DNA of 64,000 nt from the NCBI GenBank assembly GCA_038143065.1, contig JAYQLI010000035.1, positions 2,688,894 through 2,752,893 on the forward strand, in the 5' to 3' direction. Numbering within the stretch: the stretch's first letter is position 1; every line of letters begins with the position of its first letter. The notes under the pieces are model-generated. The model was not told where the DNA came from. It searched no databases and was given only the letters and a program-made list of their open reading frames with translations. Origin of the DNA: Rhodospirillales bacterium. GTDB taxonomy: Bacteria > Pseudomonadota > Alphaproteobacteria > Bin95. Made by a program: the position numbers and the translations under genes. This document shows, piece by piece, positions 22,709 to 35,844 of the stretch.

Positions 22709-22885
22709 TTGAATTTTCCGATGGCATTGACTGGTCTAACTAATTCCTAGAATTCTGCTTCGTTGATGCAATTCACACGAAATTGTGTTTTTGAGCAAGA
22801 TTAGCCGCGCTTTTGGTCTTGGCGATCCAGTGGCGCAGACGTTACGATAGTGAGATTAATAAATTCCAAAGGGAGGCCCCATTCC

Positions 22886-24093
22886 ATGGCCGAAGCTTAT
22901 ATTTGTGATGCAACCCGCACGCCAATCGGCCGTTATGGAGGTTCGCTCTCTCAAGTTCGTACTGATAATCTAGGGGCAGTACCCCTCCAAGCATTAATGG
23001 AAAGAAATGCTGGCGTAGACTGGGAAGCTGTTGAGGATGTTATTTTCGGCTGTGCTAATCAAGCTGGAGAGGACAACCGCAATGTTGCTCGTATGTCCTC
23101 CCTTCTCGCAGGTCTTCCTACGGCTGTCCCTGGTTCAACTATTAATCGCCTGTGCGGTTCTGGCATGGATGCAACTGGAACGGCGGCAAGGGCTATCAAG
23201 GCTGGTGAAGCAGACCTTATGATTTCTGGTGGGGTTGAGAGCATGACCCGAGCCCCATTTGTGATGGGGAAGTCGCAGGCGGCTTTTTCTCGGTCGGACA
23301 ATCTAATCTACGATACCCCTATTGGGTGGCGCTTCGTTAATCCAATGATGAAAAGCAGTATGGCATCGATTCAATGCCAGAGACGGCTGAGAATGTTGCT
23401 GAAGAGTTTCAAGTTAACCGTGAGGATCAGGACGCTTTTGCCTATCGTTCTCAGATGCGCGCAGTAGCAGCTCAAAAAAGTGGTCGTCTTGCTAAGGAGA
23501 TAACGCCTGTAACTATCCCACAGCGTAGAGGTGATGCATTAGTAGTAGATACTGACGAGCATCCTCGCGAGGGAACAACGCTAGAAGGTTTAGCCAAGCT
23601 GCCAGCGCCTTTTAGGGAAGGTGGTTCGGTGACAGCTGGAAATGCCTCCGGGGTAAATGACGGTGCGTGTGCTATTATCCTTGCGTCTGAACAGGGCGCT
23701 TCGAAACATGGTCTAACCCCACGAGCTCGCATTCTTGGAATGGCTACCGCCGGCGTACCTCCAAGAATTATGGGATTTGGTCCTGCACCAGCTAGTCATA
23801 AGCTTCTTTCACGTCTTGGGCTAAAGATAGGTGACATTGATGTTATAGAACTTAATGAGGCTTTTGCTGCCCAAGGGCTGGCTGTTACCCGTGATCTAGG
23901 TTTGCCTGATGATGCAGAACACGTGAATCCAAATGGCGGTGCTATAGCACTTGGGCATCCGTTAGGGATGTCGGGGGCCAGACTGATTTCAACCGCAGTG
24001 TATGAGATGGAAGAGCGTGGGTTAAAGCGCGCTCTCTGCACGATGTGTATTGGAGTAGGGCAAGGCATTGCCACAGTAATCGAGCGTGTATGA
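22886..24093 (+). CDS. pcaF: 3-oxoadipyl-CoA thiolase (PcaF/PaaJ-like); frameshift near 23352
   Basis: [59 protein letters not shown]. Confidence 0.88.
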
Positions 24094-25103
24094 CGCAATT
24101 AGATTATAACTGCCAGATCTTGCTTCGGGCACGCCCCGATGGTCTGGCGGGCCCTGAGCATTTTGAAGAATTTTTAACTCCTGTTCGTCCTCCTGGGCCA
24201 GGTGAAGCATTGGTTGAGTCGATTTATTTATCTATCGACCCAGCAATGCGGACATGGATTGCCGAGAAACCTGGCTATGTTCCTGCAGTTTCTATTGGAG
24301 CGGTAATGCGAGCCGGTGGAGTTGCCCGTGTCTTGCAGAGTGAGATCAGTGGATTGGAGCCCGGTGATTTAGTTCAGGGCAGATTAGGCTGGCAAACTCT
24401 CCCCACTTTGCCTGCTATTGCATTGCAAAAACTCGACCTATCTTTGGGGACTGCAGAAGACTGGATTGGCCCACTAGGGACTAGTGCTCTGACAGCTTAT
24501 TTAGGTATGAAGTCCGTCGGTGAACTACAGCCAGGAAGTACGGTTCTTGTATCTGGCGCGGCGGGTGCTGTGGGCCAAATTGCCTCTCAGATAGCAAAGA
24601 TAATGCACTGTAGGGTTATAGGAATAGCTGGAGGAGCAGCTAAGTGTGCATTTCTGAGAGAAAAGATTGGTCTTGATCATGCCATAGATTACAAAGCATC
24701 TGAAGATTTGGTTTCCTCAATAGCTAATGTGGCAAATTCGGGTGTCGATATTTATTTTGACAACGTTGGAGGTCCAACATTGGAGGCTGCATTGGAAAAC
24801 ATGAACCACGCGGGCAGGGTTGTTCTCTGTGGTCGTATTTCTCAGACAGGGTCTGCAGCACCCTATGGCATAAAAAATCTTGGCATCGCAATTGGAAAAC
24901 GAATAAAGCTACAAGGCTTTATTGTCTCTGATTTTCACGACCAATATGCCCATGCGCGAGCGTGGCTTGCCGGTGAACTTAAAGCCGGCCGTTTACAACA
25001 ACGTCTCCACCTTCTTGATGGTTTGGAAAAAGCGCCGGAAGGTCTTCGGATGCTATTTACTGGAGACAATTTTGGTAAATTAGCTGTCAAAGTTTCCCAC
25101 TAG
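24090..25103 (+). CDS. NADP-dependent oxidoreductase (prostaglandin reductase/CurA-like MDR)
   Basis: [36 protein letters not shown]; ATGA overlap with the thiolase. Confidence 0.9.
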   Translation: MTQLDYNCQILLRARPDGLAGPEHFEEFLTPVRPPGPGEALVESIYLSIDPAMRTWIAEKPGYVPAVSIGAVMRAGGVARVLQSEISGLEPGDLVQGRLGWQTLPTLPAIALQKLDLSLGTAEDWIGPLGTSALTAYLGMKSVGELQPGSTVLVSGAAGAVGQIASQIAKIMHCRVIGIAGGAAKCAFLREKIGLDHAIDYKASEDLVSSIANVANSGVDIYFDNVGGPTLEAALENMNHAGRVVLCGRISQTGSAAPYGIKNLGIAIGKRIKLQGFIVSDFHDQYAHARAWLAGELKAGRLQQRLHLLDGLEKAPEGLRMLFTGDNFGKLAVKVSH

Positions 25104-25113
25104 GATTAAGAAA

Positions 25114-26840
25114 ATGTCAGAAAAAAAGAAGCCAACTGGAATGGAACAGGGTCTCGTTAACTATGGAGACGCAGGCTTCTCTCTTTTTTTAAGAAAAGCA
25201 TTTATTAAAGCGATGGGGTATTCAGATGATGCACTGTCAAAGCCAATAGTGGGAATTGTTAATACTTATTCTGGATATAATGCCTGCCACAGAACAGTCC
25301 CTGACTTAGTCGAGGCCATCCGGCGAGGGGTAATGATGGCTGGAGGTATAGCTGTCGATTTCCCAGTCGTGTCTATTCATGAGAGTTTTTCAGCGCCAAC
25401 TTCAATGTTTCTCCGCAATTTGATGGCGATAGATACGGAAGAGCTAGTTCGAGCTCAGCCAATGGACTCAGTAGTCTTAATAGGGGGATGTGACAAAACT
25501 GTGCCAGCATTGCTTATGGGAGCAGCCAGTGCGGGTAGGCCAGCTATTTTAGAAGTGACCGGTCCAATGATGACTGGATTTTTCATGGGAGAGCGCCTCG
25601 GCGCATGCACCGATTGTCGGCGTATGTGGGGAATGCATCGCGCAGGCGAATTAGATGCTGAGGAAATTGCCGCGGCGGGTGATAAACTAATGCCAACTGC
25701 TGGAACCTGCATGGTTATGGGTACAGCCTCTACCATGGCGTTGATGTCAGAGGCATTAGGAATGATGCTGCCTGGTGGCGCGGCTATTCCAGCTGTCCAT
25801 GCAGACCGTCTTCGCCATGCAGAGGCAACGGGCGCTCGTGCTGTTGGCATCGCAAAAGAAGGACTTACGCCTGATAAAATTATGACAAAAGAAGCATTTG
25901 CTAATGCTTTTAAAATGCTCCTCGCAACAGGAGGGTCAACCAACGGGTTAGTGCATATGACGGCTGTCGCAGGGCGGCTAGGGATAGAGGTTGACTTGGA
26001 TGCGCTTGACGCTCTTTCGGATGAAATCCCAGTTTTGGTTGATTTGAAGCCATCTGGCCAACATTATATGGAAGATTTGAATAATGCTGGTGGCGCGACC
26101 CCAATTCTTCGTGAAATTAGAGAAAACTTGGCTCTTGATTGCATGACGGTGACAGGCCGGACTTTGGGTGAAGAGATAGACTCAGCCCCAGCAGATTGGG
26201 GACAGCAGGTCGTAAGACCTCGTTCTAATCCAATCTACCCGAAGGGTGGCATTGCCGTTCTTAGGGATCACTTGCTCCCAATGGTGCAATTATAAAACAG
26301 TCAGCAGCGGCCCAGCATCTTTTGAAGCATGAAGGCAGAGCTGTAGTCTTTGAAAATTTGGAAGATTTAGCAGAACGCTTAGACGATCCAAATCTCGACG
26401 TGAACCCAGATGATGTTCTTGTTTTGAAGAATGCAGGGCCTAAAGGTGCTCCTGGCATGCCAGAATCTGGCTATATTCCAATCCCCAAAAAACTTGCTCA
26501 GGCTGGTGTCAAGGATATGTTGAGGATCTCGGATGCTCGGATGAGTGGCACTGCGTTTGGAGCAATAGTGCTCCATATTTCTCCCGAGGCAGCAGAATGT
26601 GGTCCACTTGGTCTTGTTGAAACGGGTGATCGTATCCTGCTTGACGTCGAGGCTCGTCGCCTTGATTTGTTGGTCGATGATCAAGAATTAGAGAAACGCA
26701 GAAGAGCTTGGCAACCAGTTCAACATAAGGGCCAAGATCGAGGCTATCTCAAATTATACCTAGATGAAGTTACACAGGCTGAGGAGGGTACGGATTTTCG
26801 TTTTCTCATGCCGGCAAAGTCTGGAGTGAAGACACCCTGA
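25114..26840 (+). CDS. IlvD/Edd family dehydratase; frameshift near 26266
   Basis: GGCDKT, GTCMVMGTASTM, GGSTN, GPKGAPGMPE, SDARMSGT, HISPEAA. Confidence 0.92.
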
Positions 26841-26982
26841 GTTGTGAATTAGTGTTTTATGAAATCGATATTAACGCCAGACCAATTTTTACGAGTTGAT
26901 AGCAATTAAGATCAGTTTCGCGAATTTGGCGAGGGTTAGATCCTCGGTGTGATAGTATTCTCAAGGGAAATCTTATCTAGTT

Positions 26983-28191
26983 TTAAGCAACAATATTTGA
27001 ATGCCTTAGATTTTCGATTTCCTGCTTTGTTAACCCAAGGTCGCTCAATACTTGATCAGTGTCCTGACCAAGTAAAGGTGGAGGCGTAGTAGTATTAGGC
27101 CTTTCGCCATTGACCTTAAATCCGAGTGTAGGGACCTTTGTTGTTCGTTTTGAACCTTCTATTTTGTGCTCTGCTAAAATGCCTCGAGCTTCGATTTGTG
27201 GTAAAGATAAAGTTTCTTCAAGTTTTAATATTCGAGCTGCTGGCACGCCAGCAACCGTAAGCCTGTTCTCCCAATTTGATGCTGTATCTTCAAGAAATAC
27301 CTTCGCAAGGAGTTCCCGGAATTCTAACGAGTGAGTGCGTCGAGCCTTGGGAGTTTTGAACCTAGGGTTTTCAAGTATATCAGGTTTGTTAATAGCATTC
27401 GCCAGACGTTGTGTTTGACGTTCGTTGTTTGCTGCGAGAGCAAGTTTTCCATCCTTCGTATCGAACACTCCCGATGCAGCTGAACCGCTAAATGCTTCGT
27501 TGCCAGCAGCCTCAGGTACTTTGACAGTGGTATTTGCTTGGGTAAGGTGTGAAGCCATGAGTAGAAGGGCTGAATCAAGCATCGCTATATCTACATATTG
27601 ACCTTAGCCAGTTTTATTTCTTTCTAGAATGGCAGCCAAAATTGCCATCGCACCGTTTTGTCCATAGCTGTAATCGATGTATGGGCTTCCAACCTTATTG
27701 GGTAATGTTTTGGGATCACCAGTGAGCATCATTATACCTGATACAGCTTGGATAACATGGTCATATGCTGGGCGATCACCCATTGGACCATCCTGACCGA
27801 ACGCTGATATAGAAGCATAAATGATGTCAGGTTTCATCGCCATAATATCATTTGCCCCGAGGCCAAGGCGCTTTGCGGTACCAGGGCGAAAGTTTTCGAT
27901 AAAAACGTCAGCACTGCGTACTAAACGTTTTACAATGTCCAGCCCTGATGGATGCTTAAGGTCTACCGCTAGTGATTGCTTGCCAGCGTTCTGTGTAAGA
28001 AAGCTTGTAGCCATGCCAATAGACTCAAGCTCTAAATCGGACCCGCCCAAACGCGCCCAGTCTCCGTTATCGACGGGCTCAATTTTTATCACTTCAGCAC
28101 CAAGAAGCCCTAACTGATAAGAGCAGAAGGGGCCTGCTAGTACCTGAGTTAAATCTATAACTCGGTAACCCTCTAGAGGAGCAAATGACAT
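26983..28191 (-). CDS. Family III (CaiB/BaiF) CoA-transferase; frameshift near 27603
   Basis: DLTQVLAGP, GAEVIKIE, ENFRPG, YDHVIQAVSG, catalytic Asp in SPYID, PPLLGQDT tail in the second ORF. Confidence 0.9.
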
Positions 28192-28203
28192 GCTATCCTA
28201 GCT

Positions 28204-28677
28204 TCAGCGATAGCTGACACCGAGAATTTCATAATAACGCGCGCCACTCGGTGCCTGCACTTCGATTTGATCACCAATGCCCTTTCCAATCATCGCCCGC
28301 GCAATTGGCGATGTTACCGAAATACGGCCTTCCTCAATGTTAGCTTCATCTGCTCCAACAATTTGGTACTCTTTTTCAGCATCTGTTTCTTCATCAACGA
28401 CTTTAACAGTTGCGCCAAATCGAACAGTGTCGCCAGACATTGTTGAGGGATCAATAACTTCGGCTCGACTGGTTTTGTCTTCAAGTTCAGCGATGCGCCC
28501 TTCAACGAACGACTGACGTTCTTTGGCCGCGTGGTATTCTGCGTTTTCTGAGAGATCCCCATGGGCGCGCGCTTCGGCTATCGCGCGAATGATTGCGGGG
28601 CGCTCTTCGCTCTTCAACCGTTTCAGTTCCTCTTGCAGCTTCTTGAGGCCGCTTGGGGTCATTGGAAACCGTTCCAT
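28204..28677 (-). CDS. greA: Transcription elongation factor GreA
   Basis: [25 protein letters not shown]; follows carB. Confidence 0.97.
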   Translation of the reverse strand: MERFPMTPSGLKKLQEELKRLKSEERPAIIRAIAEARAHGDLSENAEYHAAKERQSFVEGRIAELEDKTSRAEVIDPSTMSGDTVRFGATVKVVDEETDAEKEYQIVGADEANIEEGRISVTSPIARAMIGKGIGDQIEVQAPSGARYYEILGVSYR

Positions 28678-28844
28678 TTGTCTTACTCCGTTTGAGGACA
28701 CTGAGTCGTTATCACCAGCAGCTCAGTTGAACCAAAAGTAGGTTGTAATTGAAAGTTTAACACCGAATATCGCGAACAATAGTGCTCGCAAATCAAAAGG
28801 TCCTAGAGGTCCTTTCCCATTACCAGGGAAAAGTAATAAAATGA

Positions 28845-31800
28845 CTACTTGAAGTAGGATTGCAGTGGTCTAACTTCAAGCGCTCCGGCCTTTAGAGCGG
28901 AAATAGCTTGCACGGCGGCGATCGCGCCTGCAGCTGTAGTATAATATGGTACGCGCTCCAAGAGAGCGGCTCGCCTCAAACTGAAGCTATCCCTTATGGA
29001 TTCAATACCCTCGGAAGTATTAATCACCATCTGGACCTGACTTGATTTAATCGCATCTACAATGTGTGGGCGGCCTTCAAGTACTTTGTTAATCCGTGTT
29101 GCTGGGACGCCAGATGAATTTAAAAAATCTGCGGTACCTTCCGTTGCAAGAATTTTAAAGCCCATCTCAATGCACTGTTGTGCAGCACCGATTAAAAGTG
29201 GTTTGTCATGGTTGCGGACAGATATAAAGATTGTGCCCTCCATTGGGAGTACCGCACCACCGCCAATTTGTGACTTCGCAAAGGCTCGGCCAAAATCAAC
29301 ATCTAAGCCCATTGCCTCTCCAGTAGATTTCATTTCGGGTCCCAACAAAATGTCGACGCCAGGGAATCTAGCGAATGGGAATACGGCTTCTTTGACTGCG
29401 ATCTGATCAGGGGCAGGGTTTAGAGGAGGGAGAACATCTAACTTCTCACCAGCCATTGCTCTTGCCGCTAACTTAGCTATCGGAACTCCAGTTGCCTTAG
29501 CAACAAAAGGTGCCGTGCGGCTAGCGCGTGGATTAACTTCTAAAACAAAAATAGAATCATCTATTGTGTCAGTCTGAACGGCAAATTGGGCATTCATGAG
29601 CCCCTTCACCTTGAGGGCCTTGCCCATGTTTATTACTTGGCGGCTTATTTCTTCAATAGTCTCGGGTCTTAAGCTGTGAGGAGGTAAGGCGCACGCGCTA
29701 TCACCAGAATGAACACCAGCTTCTTCAATATGCTCCATAACTCCAGCTATGCGAACATCGCTGCCATCACCAAGGGCGTCAACATCAACTTCTACTGCGT
29801 TTGCCAGATAACGGTCTACGAGAACTGGGTTATCTCCAGATGCTTGTACGGCTGTTCTCATGTAATGGCGCAGAGCCTCAGCGTTGTGCACTATTTCCAT
29901 TGCACGCCCACCCAGAACATAAGATGGCCTGAGCAATACCGGGTAACCTATTTGCTCTGCAATGGCTTCCGCTTCAAGTTCATTGGTGGCGGTTCCATTC
30001 GGCGGTTGCTTGAGATTTAGGTCATTCAGCAACTGTTGAAAGCGTTTTCTGTCCTCAGCTAAATCAATAGCGTCTGGGGATGTCCCAAGTATGGGAATTC
30101 CCTCTACTTCCAATGCAGCTGCGAGCTTTAAAGGAGTTTGTCCTCCAAATTGGACAATGGCACCCAAAAGCCTCCCATTTGATGCTTCAACGCCTCCAAT
30201 CTCTAACACGTCTTCGGTGGTCAGAGGTTCGAAGTAAAGGCGGTCAGATGTGTCGTAGTCGGTTGAAACTGTCTCCGGATTACAATTTACCATTATTGTT
30301 TCAAATCCTGCCTCGGCTAGGGCATAGGCTGCATGAACACAACAATAGTCAAATTCTATCCCCTGGCCGATACGGTTGGGGCCGCCACCTAAAATCATTA
30401 TTTTGTTTGCAGAGCTTGGGGAAGCTTCACATTCTGGTTGACCTGTATTTAGATCCTCATAGCAAGAGTACATGTAAGCGGTAGTAGATTGAAATTCTGC
30501 TGCGCTTGTATCAATCCGCTTATAGACAGGTTTAACCCCAAGTCTTTGCCTATGCTGTCTTACCTCTTCTTCTTTAATTTTGGTTAACATCGCTAGGCGG
30601 ACATCTGAAAAACCTAGCCGTTTCAGGCGTGCCATACCAGCAGCATCTTGAGGTAAACCTGAAGCTAAAACTTCGGCTTCCACATCCACGAGCATCTTAA
30701 TTTGGCCTAAAAACCAGGGGTCGTAACTGCTGGCTCGAGCTGCATCTTCAATTGAGAGGCCGTGGCGAAACGCTTGAGCAATCAGTAATCCCCGATCAGG
30801 TACTGGTTGAGATAGTGCTTTGATAAGGGCATCTTTTGCTGGAGCTCCTTCAATTTTAACTTCATTGAGCCCAGAAAGCCCTGTTTCCATGGAACGCAGT
30901 GCCTTTTGATATGCTTCAGGAAACGAGCGACCGATTGCCATCGCTTCGCCCACAGATTTCATTGATGTCGTAAGAAGTGGTTGTGTGCCTGCAAATTTCT
31001 CGAATGTGAACCTAGGGATTTTAACTACTACGTAGTCTAAGGTTGGTTCAAAAGAAGCTGGGGTAACTCGTGTAATATCGTTTTGAAGTTCGTCCAAAGT
31101 ATATCCGACGGCCAACTTTGCTGCGATCTTCGCTATTGGAAAACCGGTTGCCTTTGAAGCAAGTGCAGATGAACGCGAAACGCGAGGGTTCATCTCTATG
31201 ACAACAAGATCACCATTTTTTGGATTGACTGCAAATTGAACATTTGATCCACCGGTATCCACTCCGATCTCTCGTAAGACTGCAATCGAAGCATTCCTCA
31301 TTATCTGGAATTCTTTATCTGTCAGCGTCAATGCTGGCGCCACAGTGACACTGTCACCGGTATGAATTCCCATAGGGTCTATGTTTTCAATAGAACAGAC
31401 GATTATGCAGTTGTCGGCGCGGTCGCGGACAACCTCCATCTCAAATTCTTTCCAACCTAAAACAGATTGTTCTATCAAAACCTCGTTTATTGGTGATGCA
31501 TCTATTCCGCCACGAACAATTTCATCGAATTCGTCAGAATTATATGCGATGCCTCCACCGGCACCGCCTAGGGTAAAAGAGGGCCTAATAATTAGGGGTA
31601 GGCCAATCTCGTTCATTTTTTCATGAGCAGTGGCCATATCTTTGACAACAGCACTTCTTGGAGTTGCGAGACCAATCTTGTCCATCGCATCTCGGAAAAG
31701 TTGCCGATCCTCTGCCTTTGCGATGGCTTCTTGTTTTGCTCCGATTAGTTCAACGCCATATTTTTCAAGAACGCCAGAGTCAGCCAATGCCAGTGCTGTG

Positions 31801-32090
31801 TTTAATGCGGTTTGCCCCCCCATAGTAGGCAGCAGTGCGTCCGGTTTCTCCTTTTTGATAATTTTTTCAACCATCTCAGGAGTAATTGGTTCTATATAGG
31901 TAGCATCAGCGAACTCTGGATCCGTCATAATTGTGGCAGGATTGGAGTTTACTAATATTACCCTGTAACCCTCCTCCCTAAGCGCTTTGCAGGCTTGTGC
32001 TCCTGAGTAATCGAACTCGCAGGCTTGACCAATAACAATTGGCCCGGCTCCGATTATTAAAATTGAGGAAATGTCGCTGCGTTTAGGCAT
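28845..32090 (-). CDS. carB: Carbamoyl-phosphate synthase large subunit
   Basis: [17 protein letters not shown], duplicated ATP-grasp domains, GIEFDYCC, C-terminal MGS domain. Confidence 0.98.
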   Translation of the reverse strand: MPKRSDISSILIIGAGPIVIGQACEFDYSGAQACKALREEGYRVILVNSNPATIMTDPEFADATYIEPITPEMVEKIIKKEKPDALLPTMGGQTALNTALALADSGVLEKYGVELIGAKQEAIAKAEDRQLFRDAMDKIGLATPRSAVVKDMATAHEKMNEIGLPLIIRPSFTLGGAGGGIAYNSDEFDEIVRGGIDASPINEVLIEQSVLGWKEFEMEVVRDRADNCIIVCSIENIDPMGIHTGDSVTVAPALTLTDKEFQIMRNASIAVLREIGVDTGGSNVQFAVNPKNGDLVVIEMNPRVSRSSALASKATGFPIAKIAAKLAVGYTLDELQNDITRVTPASFEPTLDYVVVKIPRFTFEKFAGTQPLLTTSMKSVGEAMAIGRSFPEAYQKALRSMETGLSGLNEVKIEGAPAKDALIKALSQPVPDRGLLIAQAFRHGLSIEDAARASSYDPWFLGQIKMLVDVEAEVLASGLPQDAAGMARLKRLGFSDVRLAMLTKIKEEEVRQHRQRLGVKPVYKRIDTSAAEFQSTTAYMYSCYEDLNTGQPECEASPSSANKIMILGGGPNRIGQGIEFDYCCVHAAYALAEAGFETIMVNCNPETVSTDYDTSDRLYFEPLTTEDVLEIGGVEASNGRLLGAIVQFGGQTPLKLAAALEVEGIPILGTSPDAIDLAEDRKRFQQLLNDLNLKQPPNGTATNELEAEAIAEQIGYPVLLRPSYVLGGRAMEIVHNAEALRHYMRTAVQASGDNPVLVDRYLANAVEVDVDALGDGSDVRIAGVMEHIEEAGVHSGDSACALPPHSLRPETIEEISRQVINMGKALKVKGLMNAQFAVQTDTIDDSIFVLEVNPRASRTAPFVAKATGVPIAKLAARAMAGEKLDVLPPLNPAPDQIAVKEAVFPFARFPGVDILLGPEMKSTGEAMGLDVDFGRAFAKSQIGGGAVLPMEGTIFISVRNHDKPLLIGAAQQCIEMGFKILATEGTADFLNSSGVPATRINKVLEGRPHIVDAIKSSQVQMVINTSEGIESIRDSFSLRRAALLERVPYYTTAAGAIAAVQAISALKAGALEVRPLQSYFK

Positions 32091-33279
32091 TGCCGTCTAT
32101 CATCCGAATAAACCGGTCAAACAAGTAGCCGCTATCATGAGGCCCAGGTGAAGCTTCGGGGTGGTACTGAACGGAAAATATTTTCTTGTCCTCCACGCGA
32201 ATTCCCTCGTTTGATCCATCAAACAGGCTTATGTGGCTCTCGACGATACCGGGGGGAAGGCTGTCACTTTGGACCGCAAATCCATGGTTTTGACTTGTTA
32301 TTTCAACTTTTTGTGTGCCGAGATCTTTTACTGGCTGATTTGCCCCACGGTGACCGATTGGCATCTTTGCAGTTTTTGCGCCTAACGCGGTGGCTAGTAA
32401 TTGATGTCCGAGGCAAATACCAAAAATTGGAATTCCGGAGCGAATAAGATCTTGGATTATTGGGGTCGTATACTTTGCCGTCGCGGCAGGATCGCCGGGC
32501 CCATTCGAGAGAAAGATCCCATCTGGTTGTAGGGCCAAGATATCATTCGCTGAGGTTGTGGCAGGCACAACATGAACGGCCGAATCTCGATCCGCTAAGT
32601 GTCTGAGGATATTGTGTTTTGCCCCATAGTCGATAGCTACAATTTTCCTTTTTGGAGAGGCCATTTTTCCGTAGCCGTCTCCAAGTTTCCAAAGTGTTTG
32701 ATCCCAAATGTAAGGTTTTTTGCAGGTTACCTCTTTGGTAAGGTCCATACCCTCCAGCCCTGGCCACTCTCTTGCCTCCAAAATTGCAGAGTTTGTATCA
32801 GGTGCCTCGGATGAAGAATGAATAATCACCCCTGATGGTGCTCCACCATCTCTAATACGGCGCGTGAGTTTACGTGTATCGAGCCCTGCAAGGCCAATTA
32901 ATTGGTTCTTTTTAAGCCAGCTGTCTAGATGCTCGACAGCTCTAAAATTTGAAGGGTCTGTTGGGTTCATTCGAATAATGACCCCACGGGCAGCAGGGGA
33001 AATTTGTTCCAAATCCTCTGGGTTTACCCCAACAATCCCGACATGAGGAAAGGTGAAAGCAACAATTTGGCCCGCAAATGAGGGATCAGTTAAAGTTTCT
33101 TGATAGCCGGTCATTGCTGTAACGAAACACACTTCGCCGATTTGCCGCCCAACGGCACCAATTCCATACCCGTTGAATACGGTGCCATCATTCAGCACTA
33201 AAGCGCCCGTTGATGCTCGAGCGGTTTCATCGTGCTCGCCTAGTTTAAAAGGCGCCACGTTTTCGGAAGGGGCCACCAT
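32083..33279 (-). CDS. carA: Carbamoyl-phosphate synthase small subunit
   Basis: [34 protein letters not shown]; start codon uncertain. Confidence 0.96.
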   Translation of the reverse strand: MVAPSENVAPFKLGEHDETARASTGALVLNDGTVFNGYGIGAVGRQIGEVCFVTAMTGYQETLTDPSFAGQIVAFTFPHVGIVGVNPEDLEQISPAARGVIIRMNPTDPSNFRAVEHLDSWLKKNQLIGLAGLDTRKLTRRIRDGGAPSGVIIHSSSEAPDTNSAILEAREWPGLEGMDLTKEVTCKKPYIWDQTLWKLGDGYGKMASPKRKIVAIDYGAKHNILRHLADRDSAVHVVPATTSANDILALQPDGIFLSNGPGDPAATAKYTTPIIQDLIRSGIPIFGICLGHQLLATALGAKTAKMPIGHRGANQPVKDLGTQKVEITSQNHGFAVQSDSLPPGIVESHISLFDGSNEGIRVEDKKIFSVQYHPEASPGPHDSGYLFDRFIRMIDGNA

Positions 33280-33470
33280 TTTTCTGGAAAACCTCTCTGG
33301 TGCCCAGCCAAGGCTAGACAATAAGACTCTTGCAAATTGCGGCATTAATAGGCAAATGAAAGGTAGTCGTCAAGATCTTTGATTCAGGTGTTTTTGTTAA
33401 AAATCAATATGTTAGTGCAAGTTTTGCCTAGCGACCAGCAGTCGCAATTAGCGTTTTTTCAGGAGAATTA

Positions 33471-33935
33471 ATGGTGCTAAGAACAGAGCTAAATACTGCG
33501 ATGAAAAATGCTCTGAAGAGTAAGCAAACCGCTGATTTGGCCACCATTCGGCTAATCCTAGCTGCGATTAAAGATCGTGATATCGCAGCTCGGGAGCACG
33601 GAGTGCAAGACGGTGTTGATGACGACTCGATTCGTGAACTGCTGCAAAAGATGATTAAGCAGCGTGGAGAATCGATTACTCTCTATGAACAAGGTGGACG
33701 GGTTGAGCTGGCTGACTCAGAGCGTGCGGAGATCGAGGTTATCAAGCAGTTTTTGCCAAAGCAGCTTGATGCCACTGCTACATTAGACGCGGCTAAGAAG
33801 GCGATTGAATCCGTAGGTGCGGAGGGAATTAAAGACATGGGTAAGGTGATGGCTAGTCTTCGACAAACGCACGGAGCGGCGTTAGACGCTCAAACAGCAG
33901 CTGAAGCTGCGAAGCGTCTACTAACAACAACCTGA
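33471..33935 (+). CDS. GatB/YqeY domain protein
   Basis: KMIKQR.ES...Y...GR.ELA, FLPKQL, KDMGKVM; upstream of dnaG. Confidence 0.92.
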   Translation: MVLRTELNTAMKNALKSKQTADLATIRLILAAIKDRDIAAREHGVQDGVDDDSIRELLQKMIKQRGESITLYEQGGRVELADSERAEIEVIKQFLPKQLDATATLDAAKKAIESVGAEGIKDMGKVMASLRQTHGAALDAQTAAEAAKRLLTTT

Positions 33936-33945
33936 GCAGCAGAGG

Positions 33946-35748
33946 TTGGTTAGCTATCCCCCTGGATTTTTAGAAGATCTGAAGTCTCGGATCTCAGTTA
34001 GTGATATTGTAAGTCGAAAAGTTAAGTTGACACGCCGTGGCCGCGAGTATGTAGGCCTGTCCCCCTTCAGTTCAGAAAAGACTCCATCTTTTACGGTAAA
34101 TGATGCGAAAGGTTTTTTTCACTGTTTCAGCTCTGGCGAGCATGGTGATATTTTTTCGTTTTTGATCAAGACTGAGGGTCATAGTTTTCCAGAAGCGGTA
34201 GAGACTGTTGCAGAAATAGCTGGGGTTGATGTCCCGAAGGCCTCTCCAGAACAAGTTAAACAGGCGAAACATTCAAAGAGCCTTTTAGAGGCTGTGGCTT
34301 TGGCTGCAAATTTTTTTGAAAATCAGCTTAGTATGCCTGCTGGGAAAAAGGCGCTGGATTATCTTCTGGATCGTGGATTAAAGCATGAGACAATCAAGCG
34401 ATTTAGGCTTGGTTATGCACCAGCTGACCGAATGTCGGTTCTTGCTTTCTTGCGTCGAGAGGGTATTTCCGATGAGCTTGCTGTGGAGGCTGGCCTCGCA
34501 CGACGAGGTGATGACGGATCAATCTATGGATATTTCAAGGATCGCGTGATCTTTACAATTGCCGACGTTCAAGGTCGGGCAATTGGCTTTGGGGCTCGTG
34601 CTCTTGGGGAAGAGCAGCCAAAATATCTCAACTCTCCAGACAACCCTCTCTTTCATAAAGGAGAAACGCTGTATGGGCTTGATTTAGCTCGTGAGCACGC
34701 GCACAAGTCCGGGGAAATGACTGTAGTTGAAGGCTACATGGACGTTATTGCTCTTTCTGAAGCCGGCTTTGCTAATGTGGTGGCTCCTCTTGGAACTGCG
34801 GTTACAGAAGGCCAAATCAAGCGGTTATGGAGGATAGTAGCCGCGCCAACTCTGTGTCTTGATGGCGATGTAGCGGGACAGAAGGCAGCCCGACGTGCAG
34901 CGCTGCGAGCGATCCCAATTCTTGAGCCTGGTCGAACCCTAAAATTTGTACTTTTGGATAGAGGGCGTGATCCAGACGACCTGGTGAGACAGGAGGGCGT
35001 CAGCGCATTACGCGATGCTTTAGGCGAATCTATAAATCTCATTGATACGGTTTTCGAAGACGCTTGTGCCGATATAGATGTCACAATTCCAGAAAATCGT
35101 GCGGCCGTGGATAAAAATCTTCATGAACTAGCTCGTAGCATCCAGGATGAAACCGTTAGACTTTATGTTCGCGATGCTTTTAGAGATCGTTTGTCTAAGG
35201 CTTTCCGTCCTCAGAGACCCGCTGGCTTTAAAAAAGAATGGAATAATTCTCAGAAGAGCCAATCATCAAGTGCCATACTTCCCCGTCCAAAATTACCAAT
35301 TGCAGCGGTTGGTCATGGATTGCGAGAGGCCAGACTTCTATATGGGTGTTTGTTAAGGCCAGATGTTGCTGAAGGATTTGCTGAAAGATTGGCATTGTTG
35401 GATTTCCAAGATCCTGAAATGAATCGTATCAGAGCGCACTTAGTCGCAGCCTTTTCTAGTGAATTAGCTATTGACGAAGCTAGTCTAAGAGGCTCATTAC
35501 AAGCACAAGGGTTAAGTCACGCGTTGCGCCAAATGGATTTGGCCGTTCGTCGGCGCCCTACTGCCCTAGTGGGCGACGCCGTAGACGCGGCACAGTGGTT
35601 GGAATTATCAATCTCGGCGATCGAGCAATCGGATGCTGATCGGAGCCTGCGCGAGCGTGCTCAGATCATAGGGTCCGAAGACGATGTTGCCGCGGACGCT
35701 ATTTCTTCAGAAACAGCGGCGAGGTACTATTCGGTTGACGGGCAATAA
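33946..35748 (+). CDS. dnaG: DNA primase
   Basis: GLSPF..EKTPSF, FHCFSSG, FGAR, KYLNSP, VEGYMDV, DGDVAG, DPDD. Confidence 0.96.
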   Translation: MVSYPPGFLEDLKSRISVSDIVSRKVKLTRRGREYVGLSPFSSEKTPSFTVNDAKGFFHCFSSGEHGDIFSFLIKTEGHSFPEAVETVAEIAGVDVPKASPEQVKQAKHSKSLLEAVALAANFFENQLSMPAGKKALDYLLDRGLKHETIKRFRLGYAPADRMSVLAFLRREGISDELAVEAGLARRGDDGSIYGYFKDRVIFTIADVQGRAIGFGARALGEEQPKYLNSPDNPLFHKGETLYGLDLAREHAHKSGEMTVVEGYMDVIALSEAGFANVVAPLGTAVTEGQIKRLWRIVAAPTLCLDGDVAGQKAARRAALRAIPILEPGRTLKFVLLDRGRDPDDLVRQEGVSALRDALGESINLIDTVFEDACADIDVTIPENRAAVDKNLHELARSIQDETVRLYVRDAFRDRLSKAFRPQRPAGFKKEWNNSQKSQSSSAILPRPKLPIAAVGHGLREARLLYGCLLRPDVAEGFAERLALLDFQDPEMNRIRAHLVAAFSSELAIDEASLRGSLQAQGLSHALRQMDLAVRRRPTALVGDAVDAAQWLELSISAIEQSDADRSLRERAQIIGSEDDVAADAISSETAARYYSVDGQ

Positions 35749-35844
35749 ACGCGTTTAGAAATAACACCGCTCCGACGAGGCATTTCAGGCGAGTGTTACA
35801 GTTATAGTTTGTGTTTCGGACCAATTGGTGTGAGTCGAAAGATC

